A DNA stretch of 64,000 nt, taken from Candidatus Cloacimonadota bacterium (GTDB lineage: Bacteria; Cloacimonadota; Cloacimonadia; G963667145). Shown in pieces: positions 1 through 9,926 of this stretch (positions are counted from its first letter, which is position 1; each line of letters opens with the position of its first letter). The stretch spans positions 1,280,001 through 1,344,000 of the forward strand of contig OY781092.1 of NCBI GenBank assembly GCA_963676615.1, in the 5' to 3' direction. Below the pieces are notes generated by a model, which made no database searches, had not been told where the DNA came from, and saw only the letters and a list, made by a program, of their open reading frames with translations. The position numbers and the translations under genes were made by a program.

Positions 1-935
1 TAAGCGATATCGGTCTTGGACAAACTAAGCCCAGCCACATACGCCCCGATAATCATCGCAAGCCCCGTCTTCTCAAAAATTCCCGCAATCATAAAAGCGA
101 TGCTAAGGGCGATAACGCTAAAAACAAAAGGCGACTGGAAAAACTTGAGAAACTTGGAGATACGATGCGCAAAAAACAAGCCAGCACCCGTAAAAACCGC
201 CCAAATCCCGATGGTCTTAAAAGCGATTTTGAAGATAAAATAGGTGCTGGGCTGCTGACTCTCGACCACACCCACGACTATCGCCAGCAAAATAATCGCC
301 AAAATATCGTCGATTACCGCCGCCGACAGAATGCAAACCCCTTCGGGAGCGTGCATTTTTTTCTTATCCGAGAGGATGCGCGCGGTGATGCCCACTGAAG
401 TCGCCGTGGTCATCGTCCCCAAAAAAAGCGCCGACGGATGCCAAAAACCTACCGAAAAAATCACCTGCACCAAAAAATTTCCTGCCAAAAACGAGATGAG
501 CACTCCGCCAATTCCCACGATGAACCCGCTGGAAAAATACCGTAGCAGAAGATCAAGGTCGGTCTTTAGCCCCGCAATGAAAAGCAAAATCACCGACGCA
601 ATCGCCGCAAAACCATACAGCTCTGGCGTCACATGCACCGCCGAATCGACAAATTTCGGGAAAAGTCCGTGAGCAAAGCCTGGCAAAGCGACACTGCCCA
701 GCAGATAAGGCCCGATGAGTATTCCGCAAAAAATCTCGCCCAACACAGACGGCAAACCAAACCGCTCGAACAAAGCCCCCAAAAGCTTTGCGCTGATAAT
801 TATCACCCCAACTTGCATCACCAAATGCGTCACATAATGGCTCAAATCTTGCAGGTTTATCTGCCGTTGCACCGCCGCCGATGCGGGCAAAGCCAGCGCA
901 ATCAACGCAAACAGCAAAAAGATTTTTCTCTTCAT
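1..935 (-). CDS. Cation:proton antiporter (CPA2/NapA-like), runs off the window start
   Basis: Not in the ORF track; translated by hand from ATG at 935 (GAGAGG RBS upstream): MKRKIFLLFALIALALPASAA...QVGVIIISAKLLG...LPSVLGEIFCGILIGP...LLFIAGLKTD...ATSVGITARIL...AAVIDDIL, typical CPA2 motifs. Confidence 0.85.
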   Translation of the reverse strand, partial: MKRKIFLLFALIALALPASAAVQRQINLQDLSHYVTHLVMQVGVIIISAKLLGALFERFGLPSVLGEIFCGILIGPYLLGSVALPGFAHGLFPKFVDSAVHVTPELYGFAAIASVILLFIAGLKTDLDLLLRYFSSGFIVGIGGVLISFLAGNFLVQVIFSVGFWHPSALFLGTMTTATSVGITARILSDKKKMHAPEGVCILSAAVIDDILAIILLAIVVGVVESQQPSTYFIFKIAFKTIGIWAVFTGAGLFFAHRISKFLKFFQSPFVFSVIALSIAFMIAGIFEKTGLAMIIGAYVAGLSLSKTDIA

Positions 936-1105
936 CGCCTAGACCTCTCTATCAACAAAATTTCACAGTTCCTAAAAACCGTGCAATTCAAAATTTCGTC
1001 CTCAATAAATCAAGAATTTTCTCAAAATTGCCAAAAAACGCTTGTCAAATTGCCAATAATAGCGCTCTGCTGTTTTATCAAGTTTGTAAAATTGAAAGGA
1101 CGAAA

Positions 1106-1549
1106 ATGAGAATTTTACTGCAAAGAGTAAAGTCCGCCAAAGTCAGCGTGGACGGAGCTACAACGGGCGAAATCGAGCAAGGGCTTTTGCTGTTTTTGGG
1201 CGTTGGAAAAGAGGACGAACAAGATTATCCCGCAAAAATCGACTGGCTAGTTCGCAAAATCACCAATATGCGGATTTTTCCCGATTCGCAAGGAAAATTC
1301 AACCACTCGGTGCTGGATGTGCAAGGCTCGATCTTGCTCGTGTCGCAATTCACGCTCTATGCCGACTGCAAAAAAGGGAACCGCCCGAGCTACAGCGGCG
1401 CCGCTTCTCCAGAAATAGCCGAAAAAATTTACACGCAATTCGGACAAGAATTGCAAAAAATTTTGCCCACGCAATTCGGAAAATTCGGCGCAAATATGCA
1501 AGTGAAGCTGCTTAACGACGGACCAGTGACCATCTGGCTCGAAAAATAA
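1106..1549 (+). CDS. dtd: D-aminoacyl-tRNA deacylase
   Basis: MRILLQRV, SQFTL and NDGPVT motifs; start moved to ATG 1106 after AAAGGA RBS. Confidence 0.95.
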   Translation: MRILLQRVKSAKVSVDGATTGEIEQGLLLFLGVGKEDEQDYPAKIDWLVRKITNMRIFPDSQGKFNHSVLDVQGSILLVSQFTLYADCKKGNRPSYSGAASPEIAEKIYTQFGQELQKILPTQFGKFGANMQVKLLNDGPVTIWLEK

Positions 1550-1576
1550 TTTTTCCAAAATTTTAGGAGGAAATTT

Positions 1577-2872
1577 ATGTATAATCCTGTTGAAATAATC
1601 ATCAAAAAGCGCGCAGGGCAAGAGCTGAGCGAATCCGAAATCAACTTTATGGTCGGCGGCTATGTCCAAGGAAAAATCCCCGATTATCAGATGTCCTCCT
1701 TTTTGATGGCGATTTTTTTTCGTGGAATGAACGACGCCGAAACTTTTTTGCTCACCAAAAGCTACATCGATTCTGGCAAAAAGCTGGAATTTGCCGAAAA
1801 CACCGTCGATAAACACTCCACAGGCGGAGTCGGCGACAAAGTGTCGATCGTGCTGGCGCCCATCGTGGCGGCTTGCGGCGGAAAAATCCCGATGCTCGGC
1901 GGCAGAGGGCTTGGACACACAGGCGGAACGCTCGACAAGCTCGAATCGATTCCCAATCTGCGCACCGACCTAGACGAAGCCCAATTTCGCAAAACCATCG
2001 CCGCTTGCGGATTTTCTATCGCCAGCCAAACGCAAGATATGGTGCCCGCCGACAAAAAAATCTACGCCTTGCGTGATGTCAGCGGCACAGTCGAATCGCT
2101 GCCTCTGATCACCGCCAGCATTATGTCCAAAAAAATTGCCGAAGGCGCAAAAAATCTGGTCATCGACCTAAAAGTCGGCAGCGGAGCTTTTATGAAAAAC
2201 ATCGAAGACGCACGCAAACTGGGCAGAAATCTGAAAAAAGTTGGCGAAACTTTTGGTCAAAAAGTGAAAATCGTTTACACAGATATGAACAACCCCATCG
2301 GCACGCACATCGGCAACGGGCTGGAAATAAAAGAGTGCGTCGAGTATTTGCAAGGAGCTTCATATCCCGATTTGCACGAAATCACCAAAACTTTAGCCAC
2401 GCAAATGCTCCTCCTGTGCGATTTGGCGAAAGACGAACACGACGCCCAGCAAAAAATCCAGAAGGCAATCAAAAGCGGCAAAGCGCTGGAGCACCTGCGG
2501 CAGTTCATCAAATTGCAAAACGGAAACGAAAAAGTCGCCGACGAGCCGAATTTGCTCCCGCAAGCAAAAATCCAAGTTCCGATTTTAGCCACCAAAAGCG
2601 GCTACATCCACGCTATCGACTCGCAAGCCATCGGCTACGCCCTCATTGAGCTAAAGGCTGGTCGCCAAAAGCTGACCGACCTGCTAGACTACGGCACAGG
2701 CGCAAAATTTACCGCAAAAATCGGCGATGAAGTCAGCAAAAATCAAGAGCTAGGAGCAGTTTACTGCCAAAACCAAAATGACGGAAAAATTGTGGCTGAA
2801 AAGATAGCCAAATCCTTGCAAATTCAAACAGATAAAACCGCCAAAAGACAGCTGATTTTGGCAGTAGAATAA
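1577..2872 (+). CDS. pdp: Pyrimidine-nucleoside/thymidine phosphorylase
   Basis: DKHSTGGVGDK, GRGLGHTGGTLDKLESIP, ASIMSKKIAEG motifs; AGGAGG RBS. Confidence 0.95.
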   Translation: MYNPVEIIIKKRAGQELSESEINFMVGGYVQGKIPDYQMSSFLMAIFFRGMNDAETFLLTKSYIDSGKKLEFAENTVDKHSTGGVGDKVSIVLAPIVAACGGKIPMLGGRGLGHTGGTLDKLESIPNLRTDLDEAQFRKTIAACGFSIASQTQDMVPADKKIYALRDVSGTVESLPLITASIMSKKIAEGAKNLVIDLKVGSGAFMKNIEDARKLGRNLKKVGETFGQKVKIVYTDMNNPIGTHIGNGLEIKECVEYLQGASYPDLHEITKTLATQMLLLCDLAKDEHDAQQKIQKAIKSGKALEHLRQFIKLQNGNEKVADEPNLLPQAKIQVPILATKSGYIHAIDSQAIGYALIELKAGRQKLTDLLDYGTGAKFTAKIGDEVSKNQELGAVYCQNQNDGKIVAEKIAKSLQIQTDKTAKRQLILAVE

Positions 2873-2886
2873 AGCGAAAAAACAAA

Positions 2887-3684
2887 ATGAAAAAGTTCAA
2901 AATCGCCGTCGTTCAGTTCCAGCCGAAATTTTTACAAGTAAAAGAAAATCTCGCCAAAATCGGCAAAATGTGCGCCAACCTCACAGCAGATTTGGTCGTC
3001 CTGCCAGAGCTAGCCACCTGCGGCTACGCCTTTGCCAGCCAAGACGAAGTGCAAAAAGTCGCCGAAAAAGCGACAACTGGAGCGAGCGCCGTTTTTTTCG
3101 ACAAACTCGCCAAAACTCTCTGCGCCAGCGTCGTTTACGGATTTCCCGAGCTAAAAGATGGCAAAATTTTCAACTCCGCCCGCTTAGTCAATCAAGACGG
3201 CAGCAGCTGCGTTTACCAAAAAATCCACCTCTTCAACGCCGAAAAACTTTGGTTCGCCCCCGGAGAGTCGGGCTTAGTCATCGCCACAGCGAAAAACGAT
3301 GTCAAAGTCGGGCTGATGATTTGCTTCGACTGGTTCTTCCCCGAAGTCGCCCGAAGCCTCGCCCTGCAAGGCGCACAAATCTTGTGCCAAGTCGCCAATC
3401 TGGTTTTGCCGTGGTGCCAACAAGCCATGCTCGTCCGCAGCCTCGAAAACGCCTGCGTCAGCGTCACCGCAAACAGAGTCGGCGACGAAAAAAATGGAAA
3501 ATACGACTTTCGCTTCACGGGCGGCTCGCAAGTGGTCGATCATCTCGGCAAAAGGCTAGGAAAGCTCGGCGAAAACGAAGAAGGCATTTTGATTGTGGAA
3601 GTCGATTTAGACCAATCAAGCCCGCAACTAAATTCGTTCAACAACATTTTTGCCGACCGAAAACCACAATTTTATCGGCAATGA
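2887..3684 (+). CDS. Carbon-nitrogen hydrolase (nitrilase family)
   Basis: Glu-Lys-Cys triad motifs LPELA, YQKIHLF, ICFDWFFPE. Confidence 0.9.
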   Translation: MKKFKIAVVQFQPKFLQVKENLAKIGKMCANLTADLVVLPELATCGYAFASQDEVQKVAEKATTGASAVFFDKLAKTLCASVVYGFPELKDGKIFNSARLVNQDGSSCVYQKIHLFNAEKLWFAPGESGLVIATAKNDVKVGLMICFDWFFPEVARSLALQGAQILCQVANLVLPWCQQAMLVRSLENACVSVTANRVGDEKNGKYDFRFTGGSQVVDHLGKRLGKLGENEEGILIVEVDLDQSSPQLNSFNNIFADRKPQFYRQ

Positions 3685-3718
3685 AAAAGCCGACTAACTT
3701 TTTGTGTCAATCGGCTTT
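3684..3718 (-). terminator. Intrinsic terminator between convergent genes (fits the minus-strand asnA-like gene best)
   Basis: Minus strand AAAGCCGATTGAC...GTTAGTCGGCTTTTT stem with G-U pairs then a U run. Confidence 0.65.
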
Positions 3719-3737
3719 GGTTTTCTAAAAATTTCTT

Positions 3738-4970
3738 CTAAAACAGATAAAGCGAGTGCGAATCGGGGTTTTTGCCGAAGAAAGTTACATCGTCGATTTT
3801 TTGGACATTTTCCCCACGAAGCGTAGCGAACATAAACCGCTCAACGCCGAGTCCTCCGCCCATTGTGCTGGGGAAAACTGGCGAGCCGTCATCTTTTTTC
3901 ATGCTGGCATACATCAAAAACGGACCGTAGCCAGCCAACTCCTCGATGTTCTCCAAATAACCGTCTTTGATAACAGGGCGATTCTTAAGCACCTTGTTCG
4001 CCAAAATCCGCTCCACAATCGGCTCATACAGCCACTCGCGAACTCCACCCGAGAGAATCTCCTTGGCGGTAAGCGTCGTGCCGTCCTTTTTGATGGTTTT
4101 CGCCACAAGATCGTAGTTAAAAATATTCTCGGAAGTGACATCGTCCAGCGACAAACTCGAGCCGTCCTTTTTCATAAACGGATAAATCAGGTCATAATTC
4201 TCGCGCTTAATGCCCGTTATCCAAAAAAATTGGTCGCCAGTCTCGTCACCAACAACCTCTTCGCCCGTTTTTTTGCCATATTTCTCAATCGCATAATCGT
4301 AGCTGTAAGTCGGAAAAGGCACGCTCGGCACAGGAAACTGCACATCCAAAGCGTCCAAATCGTCCTTGTTGAACTTGTTCAGCTCCTGGCAAATATGCCT
4401 AATCATCCGCTCGAACATATTGCGCGCCTTTGCGCTGTCCTCTTTGATTAGCTCCAGCACCTGCTCAGTCTGGCTAAAATACTCATCCAGCGTCACATAG
4501 CGGTCTCTTTTCACCTCAATATCGATTTGCGAAAAATCTATCAGATAACGACCACGCTGCTTGTGCGTCGGGCTCTCCAGCTCCAGCCGAATATTTGGCG
4601 AATCGGTAAAAACGCCCTTGATTTTAGGATTGGAACACGCCAAAAGCTTGCTGTAAATCATCGAGTGCGTCGTAACATAGTTGCTGCCTTTGTAAGAAAT
4701 CACAGGCGTATGCTCGATGTCGTGCGCCAGCGGATCGGTCACCACACTCATCAAAATTTTCTCGAGGTTAATAAGACCTTCGTTTGCCAAAAATTGGGTG
4801 GCTGCGTTCATAAAAGTCGTTTTAATCCTAAAGATATGATACAACTCGTCCGAAAGCCATTTTTGCTTGTAGTTGTCGCTGATATACTCTTCCAGCGTAA
4901 TCCCCTGTTGCTGCAAACTTGCCTGAAAATTGCTAAGACACTGCCCGATTCTGTTAAAGGTCGATTCCAT
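3738..4970 (-). CDS. Archaeal-type asparagine synthetase A-like protein (class II aaRS catalytic-domain paralog)
   Basis: VTDPLAHD, THSMIYSK, SPNIRLE...GRYLIDFSQIDIE (motif 2), EILSGGVRE, GGGLGVERF (motif 3); no anticodon-binding OB domain. Confidence 0.75.
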   Translation of the reverse strand: MESTFNRIGQCLSNFQASLQQQGITLEEYISDNYKQKWLSDELYHIFRIKTTFMNAATQFLANEGLINLEKILMSVVTDPLAHDIEHTPVISYKGSNYVTTHSMIYSKLLACSNPKIKGVFTDSPNIRLELESPTHKQRGRYLIDFSQIDIEVKRDRYVTLDEYFSQTEQVLELIKEDSAKARNMFERMIRHICQELNKFNKDDLDALDVQFPVPSVPFPTYSYDYAIEKYGKKTGEEVVGDETGDQFFWITGIKRENYDLIYPFMKKDGSSLSLDDVTSENIFNYDLVAKTIKKDGTTLTAKEILSGGVREWLYEPIVERILANKVLKNRPVIKDGYLENIEELAGYGPFLMYASMKKDDGSPVFPSTMGGGLGVERFMFATLRGENVQKIDDVTFFGKNPDSHSLYLF

Positions 4971-5081
4971 AATTGTTACCCTTTCCTAAATTTTATTGAA
5001 TTTTCAATTTGGATTAAATATGAAATTCGGCTCTATGTGTCAACCATAAAATTGCGGCAAAACCAGAAAAATCAGCTTCAA

Positions 5082-5687
5082 TTACAAAATAATATCGGCA
5101 AACTTTTTGTGCTCTGCAATCAATTTATGCTCAATCTCCAAAACTCGCTCGACAAAACCAGACATCGGGTCTCGTCCTCGCAGCTCCCGATTTTTCTTCG
5201 TCTGAAGGTAAGATTTATCAATAAAACAGCGAACATCCACATTTTTGAGCAAACTCGTGTAAGTGCCCTCGGCAATTATCAGCGCAAAATCTTCCACCTG
5301 TATCGTCTCTTGCCCAATTTCGTCGTTGTCAAAATCGACCAAAGGCTTTTTCAGCTGGCGCTCCTGCATTTTTTGCAAAACTTCCAAATCCGCATCAAGC
5401 TTGTCCAGACGCACCTCTTGCGTGCCAACATTAGCTATATCTTTCACGCGATTTTTATGATTCGTCTTCGGCGGCAAGCGAAAATAGTCGTCTTGACACA
5501 AAATAATCGTCTTCTTCTGGGCAAACTTTTCCGCCAAACAATGCGCAATCTCACTCTTGCCGCTGCCAGACTCTCCGGCTACACTCACAGTAACTTTTCG
5601 CTCGTCCACCATCTTTTCGATTTTCTCATAAATCGTCTGTGCCGCTTTTTTGTGAAAATCTTTTATTACCAACTTATCGCCTTTCAA
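5082..5687 (-). CDS. Uridine kinase/phosphoribulokinase-like P-loop kinase
   Basis: VAGESGSGKS Walker A, QDDYF, IIAEGTY; start overlaps the glycosyltransferase stop. Confidence 0.75.
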   Translation of the reverse strand: MKGDKLVIKDFHKKAAQTIYEKIEKMVDERKVTVSVAGESGSGKSEIAHCLAEKFAQKKTIILCQDDYFRLPPKTNHKNRVKDIANVGTQEVRLDKLDADLEVLQKMQERQLKKPLVDFDNDEIGQETIQVEDFALIIAEGTYTSLLKNVDVRCFIDKSYLQTKKNRELRGRDPMSGFVERVLEIEHKLIAEHKKFADIIL

Positions 5688-7423
5688 TTTTCCACTCCGT
5701 TTTTTACATTTAAACCTTTTCTATTCAAAAAGTTAAGAAACCTTTGTGTCGCTTGCAACCAAACCAACTTTTTCGACATTTCGTTCAACTTTTTCAAGTT
5801 TTTTGTATTCGGCTTGTCCAAACATTTCCGCATCAAATCCGCCAATTTATCCGCATTTCCGTGAGGAAAAATCTCCACCCAATCTGCTACAAAATTTTTG
5901 GCAAAAGGGATAAGATCCGACGAAATAATCTGACTCTTTCCAGCTGTGGCTTGCGCAACACTCATCCCAAAACCCTCCATCTCCGAAGCTGAAACATAAA
6001 TATCGGCGATATAAAACAGATGCCCGATAAATTTTTCGGGGATATAATCCAGCAAAAACACCCTTTTCTGCAGCTCTTGGTTTGTGCTCAACTGCTTCTG
6101 CAGGGCTTCATAAATTTTGTTTTTTGGACCTCCGCCGATAAACAAAAAAGTATCCTCATAATCACGAAAAATCTTTTCGTAGGCGGCGATAATCAGATCT
6201 TTCCGCTTAGTTCTGTCCATTCTGCTTGTCTCAAAAAAAATCTTGCTTTTTTGCAGCTTCTTCACAGCCACATTGGTCTTGTCCGCCAGATATTCGTAGG
6301 CAGGCGCCAGCTCCTTTTGCGAATAAACCCGAAAAATATTGCCGTCCACCTGCGGATGAAAGTAAAAAATATTGTCCTCTTTGACATTGTAATAGGAAAA
6401 TAGGCAGTCGGTAATTTCTGTCGAAGTGGAAGCGAAAAAGCTCGTGTTGACGCAAATATTTTTTTCGTGACTGTTCCGCTCACACAACCGCAAAGCGATC
6501 CTATCCTCCAGCGAATCTTTGCGCAAATTGTAACTCTTTATCTCGCCCAAAGAGTGAGGCGTCCAAATATGCTTGTTCGTCTTGGCAAAACCGCTCTCCA
6601 GCTCGCTTCTGAACTTCTCGCAATTTTTGTATATTTTTTTGGCAAAAAACGAGATAAACTCCAGCTCTCTGTAAGAGTCGTCCTCCGTAGCTGGCAAATT
6701 TTCAAAAATCTGCTCAATCGTCTTGCAATCTATCTGCAGATTCTCGCCAAAAATTGCTTCCCATTTTTCGATAACTTTTTTCGCTTTTTCCTGAACCGAA
6801 ACGCCTTTTAGCTGCTTAAACAAAACCTTAATCACCTGAAAAACTGGCGATTTAGAAATATTTTTCCAATGCCTATTCTCATAGAGAAAAAATTTTTCGT
6901 CGTCCGTTAACTGCCCGCCAAAATATTTTTCTATCAAATCGTAAACCAAATCGTTTTGCCAGAACTCCACCAAATTCACGCCGATTATCCCCGCATCCCA
7001 ATAGTGCGAATCGACAAACTCAAAAACCTGCCAGCCCTTGCAACCTCTGGCTTTCGCTTTTTTTTGCACAATATTATAAAGATGATACGACTCCTGTTTG
7101 AGCGCCGAGGAGATCTCCTCTTTGGGCAAAAATTCGCTTCCACCTCCTAGCAAATACTCGTATCGGGTAAATTTTGACATCGAGCAAACTCCCGTCCGCA
7201 GCCCGCTGCCGCTATGCTCGGGAAAACCGCCGCGGGAATAAATCGTCACCTTGTAGCCGAGCTCCTCCAGCTTTAGCGCCAAAACATTCACATACAAAAC
7301 CTGTCCGCCCGTGTCAGGTGCGCCGCCAATCTCTATATTCGGCGATGCGTATCCGTGATTTGTAATAAGCGCCACTTCTGGGCGTTCCGACTCCTCAAAA
7401 AAATTTTCGTCCGCAAAATCCAC
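5684..7423 (-). CDS. GT4 glycosyltransferase, sucrose-phosphate synthase/sucrose synthase-like, with large insertion
   Basis: HGY...PDTGGQVLYV, HYWDAG, WTPHSLG, SRMDRTKRKD, EGFGM motifs. Confidence 0.8.
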   Translation of the reverse strand: MDFADENFFEESERPEVALITNHGYASPNIEIGGAPDTGGQVLYVNVLALKLEELGYKVTIYSRGGFPEHSGSGLRTGVCSMSKFTRYEYLLGGGSEFLPKEEISSALKQESYHLYNIVQKKAKARGCKGWQVFEFVDSHYWDAGIIGVNLVEFWQNDLVYDLIEKYFGGQLTDDEKFFLYENRHWKNISKSPVFQVIKVLFKQLKGVSVQEKAKKVIEKWEAIFGENLQIDCKTIEQIFENLPATEDDSYRELEFISFFAKKIYKNCEKFRSELESGFAKTNKHIWTPHSLGEIKSYNLRKDSLEDRIALRLCERNSHEKNICVNTSFFASTSTEITDCLFSYYNVKEDNIFYFHPQVDGNIFRVYSQKELAPAYEYLADKTNVAVKKLQKSKIFFETSRMDRTKRKDLIIAAYEKIFRDYEDTFLFIGGGPKNKIYEALQKQLSTNQELQKRVFLLDYIPEKFIGHLFYIADIYVSASEMEGFGMSVAQATAGKSQIISSDLIPFAKNFVADWVEIFPHGNADKLADLMRKCLDKPNTKNLKKLNEMSKKLVWLQATQRFLNFLNRKGLNVKNGVEN

Positions 7424-7635
7424 TTACCTCTCCTTTTTTTTCTGTCCCTCTTCTCAAATACGAAAAACGCCTTTTCCTTTTATCGTGTCAACCCTTAAAA
7501 AAAACTCAAAGAAAAAATCCGCACCTATTTCCATAATCTCTTGACATTCTTCGCACTGGATTTGGTTTCGATGTGCTGCCTTGCGCAAAGCAAACTTGGG
7601 CAAGCATTTTTTCGTAAATTGAGGAGAAAACGAAG

Positions 7636-8472
7636 ATGAAATTTGCGGTGGTGATCAACAAACAAAGTAAATTTATAGATAAAGTCGTGCGGATGCTCGA
7701 AAATCTGCAGCCTGAGCACGAATTTGTGCGGCTGGAAGATTTGCCCATCTATCCAAAATTTATGCAAAAAGAGCCAGCTGGAGCGAAATTTTTGCTGGTT
7801 TTTGGCGGCGACGGCACAATTCTCTACGCCAGCAAATTGGCGCTAAAGTGGCAACTGCCGATTTTGGGCATAAATATGGGCAGGCTCGGATTTCTCTCGG
7901 AGATAGCGCTCGAAGATTTTCGCGACTCTCTGGCGGCTCTGGTCGCTGGCGATTTCAAGGTGCAAAAGCGGATGCTGCTGGATGTAGCGGTGATGCGCTC
8001 TGGAGAAGAAATTGCCCGCAGGCAGGTGCTCAACGACGCGGTTATCTATCGCGCGCACAACGCCAAGCTCATCGAATTTGAGGTGTATAACAACCAAGAT
8101 TTCGTCTATCAAGCTCGGGCGGACGGCGTTCTGATGTCCACGCCAACTGGCACAACTGGCTACAACCTCTCTATCGGCGGCCCGATTCTCAATCCGACGA
8201 TGGACTCGGTGGTCATCAACGCCATCAACCCGCATCTGCTGACAGTGCGTCCGATAGTCTTCTTTGCCGAAGACAGCTTTGAATTTCGGGTAAAAGCCGC
8301 AGGAAAAGAGTCAACCCTGCAGCTGGACGGCGCAAACCTTATGTATCTACAAAACGGAGACAGCGTTTTTCTGACGAAATCTAGCCAAAAAGCGGAGTTC
8401 ATCAAATTGGGCAAAACCACTTTTTTCCAGACGATGCAAAACAAATTTCATATGGGAAAAAAGAACGGCTAA
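7636..8472 (+). CDS. nadK: NAD kinase
   Basis: GGDGT, GINMGRLGFL, LND, ADG...TPTGTTGYNLSIGGP motifs; GAGGAG RBS. Confidence 0.95.
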   Translation: MKFAVVINKQSKFIDKVVRMLENLQPEHEFVRLEDLPIYPKFMQKEPAGAKFLLVFGGDGTILYASKLALKWQLPILGINMGRLGFLSEIALEDFRDSLAALVAGDFKVQKRMLLDVAVMRSGEEIARRQVLNDAVIYRAHNAKLIEFEVYNNQDFVYQARADGVLMSTPTGTTGYNLSIGGPILNPTMDSVVINAINPHLLTVRPIVFFAEDSFEFRVKAAGKESTLQLDGANLMYLQNGDSVFLTKSSQKAEFIKLGKTTFFQTMQNKFHMGKKNG

Positions 8473-8474
8473 AG

Positions 8475-9671
8475 CTAATTTTGCACCAAAAAATCGCTGG
8501 TGTATTTCGCCAAATTTATGTGAGGCTTTAGCACCATAAAATACATTTTTCCGCTGTGTTTGAGGGTGTTCGCCGCAATCTCGGCGTATTCTCCGCCGCC
8601 GAAATAAATATCGCCTCGACCAGCGCCTTTTATCGCGCCGCCTGTATCTTGGTTCAAGACGAACCTGCCAAAATTTTTCCAGCCTCTGACCTTGTTCTGC
8701 CCATCAACAACCGGCTTTTTACTCTGAATAAATCCCAAAGCCGCCGCAGGAAAAACCGAGCGGTCTGTGGCGATTGTCCTACCGGGAGTAATCGGCACAT
8801 TCAAGCAGCCCAGCGATTTGCCGCTTCCCACAGTAAAAAACACAAAACTTTTGTTAATATTCAACGCCGCCTGTAGCTCATCTGGATGCTTGGCAAAATA
8901 CTTTTTGAGGTGCAAAATCCCGACTTCGCCCGCTGGCAAATTTTTGGAGCGCATCATATACTTGCCAATGCTGCTGTAGGCGTGCCCGTTTTTGGCTTGA
9001 TACTGAATGTGAAGCGAGCTGCCGTCGGACAACAGAATATCACCGCAACCCTCAATCTCCAAATACAACCGATCCAATTTTGAGCTCACCCAAGCGATAG
9101 GTTCGGCTCGCTTTTCCAAAATCTGCAACTCGTCAATCTCGCCCCGCGTGTAATACGGCACAAAATCGCCGCTCGCATCGTAGCGCCCAGTCCTCCAACG
9201 ACCGTCCACTTTTTTCTGCACAAGGTCGTATGGCTTGGAGCAAATCGGGACATCGAACTCGGCGGTCTTCACCACACTCCCACGAATTGTCGGCTGGCAA
9301 TACGCGGTAAACAGCACATCCTCGTTCCCACTGCGCCCTGCCGACACATAAATATTGTAAAATGTGTTGATAAAATCGTTCATCTGCTCTGGCAGCGGGT
9401 TGCCGTCCAGATACTCCACAAAAAGCTTGAGCGAGCCTTTCATCTGATCGGCGGTATAGAGGTCTTGCCCAAAGCGGAACTTCGTCTGACTCGGCAGCCT
9501 CTCCAGATAGTTCAAACTCTGATAGATGCCATCTTTGAGATTTTGATAATCCAAATCGTCCTCAAACAAAGGCGCCTGAGAATAATTTATCTTTTTTAGC
9601 TCTCCCGCAAAAGAAAAAACGCTCATCGACAATAGCAAAAAAATCAGACAGCTTTTAAAAATATTCTTCAT
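8475..9671 (-). CDS. mltA: Lytic murein transglycosylase A (MltA plus 3D domain)
   Basis: Signal peptide, FTAYCQP, YYTRGEI, SFVFF, QDTGGAIKG...DIYFG. Confidence 0.85.
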   Translation of the reverse strand: MKNIFKSCLIFLLLSMSVFSFAGELKKINYSQAPLFEDDLDYQNLKDGIYQSLNYLERLPSQTKFRFGQDLYTADQMKGSLKLFVEYLDGNPLPEQMNDFINTFYNIYVSAGRSGNEDVLFTAYCQPTIRGSVVKTAEFDVPICSKPYDLVQKKVDGRWRTGRYDASGDFVPYYTRGEIDELQILEKRAEPIAWVSSKLDRLYLEIEGCGDILLSDGSSLHIQYQAKNGHAYSSIGKYMMRSKNLPAGEVGILHLKKYFAKHPDELQAALNINKSFVFFTVGSGKSLGCLNVPITPGRTIATDRSVFPAAALGFIQSKKPVVDGQNKVRGWKNFGRFVLNQDTGGAIKGAGRGDIYFGGGEYAEIAANTLKHSGKMYFMVLKPHINLAKYTSDFLVQN

Positions 9672-9926
9672 TTCCTCTTAACTTTTTGAATAATAAACAG
9701 TTAACAAAAAAATCAAAATAATTCTCACAATTCTCAAAATTTTGTTATTAACTGAATAGATTAAAGATAGTTCAAAAGGAAAGTTTTAGTGAAATTTGTA
9801 AAGCAATTTATTGAATTTTATTTTTCTTATCTGATTAAATTATAAAGAGATACGACGCTGAAAAATAATTTTCAGTGAAATTGCTGAATTATGAAAGTGC
9901 TTTTTTTTGAAAGAGATAAAAGAGGT

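Noticed and set aside
3738..4970. AsnRS, AspRS or EpmA
   Set aside because: No anticodon-binding domain, and the motifs fit archaeal-type AsnA better than EpmA; no efp or epmB nearby
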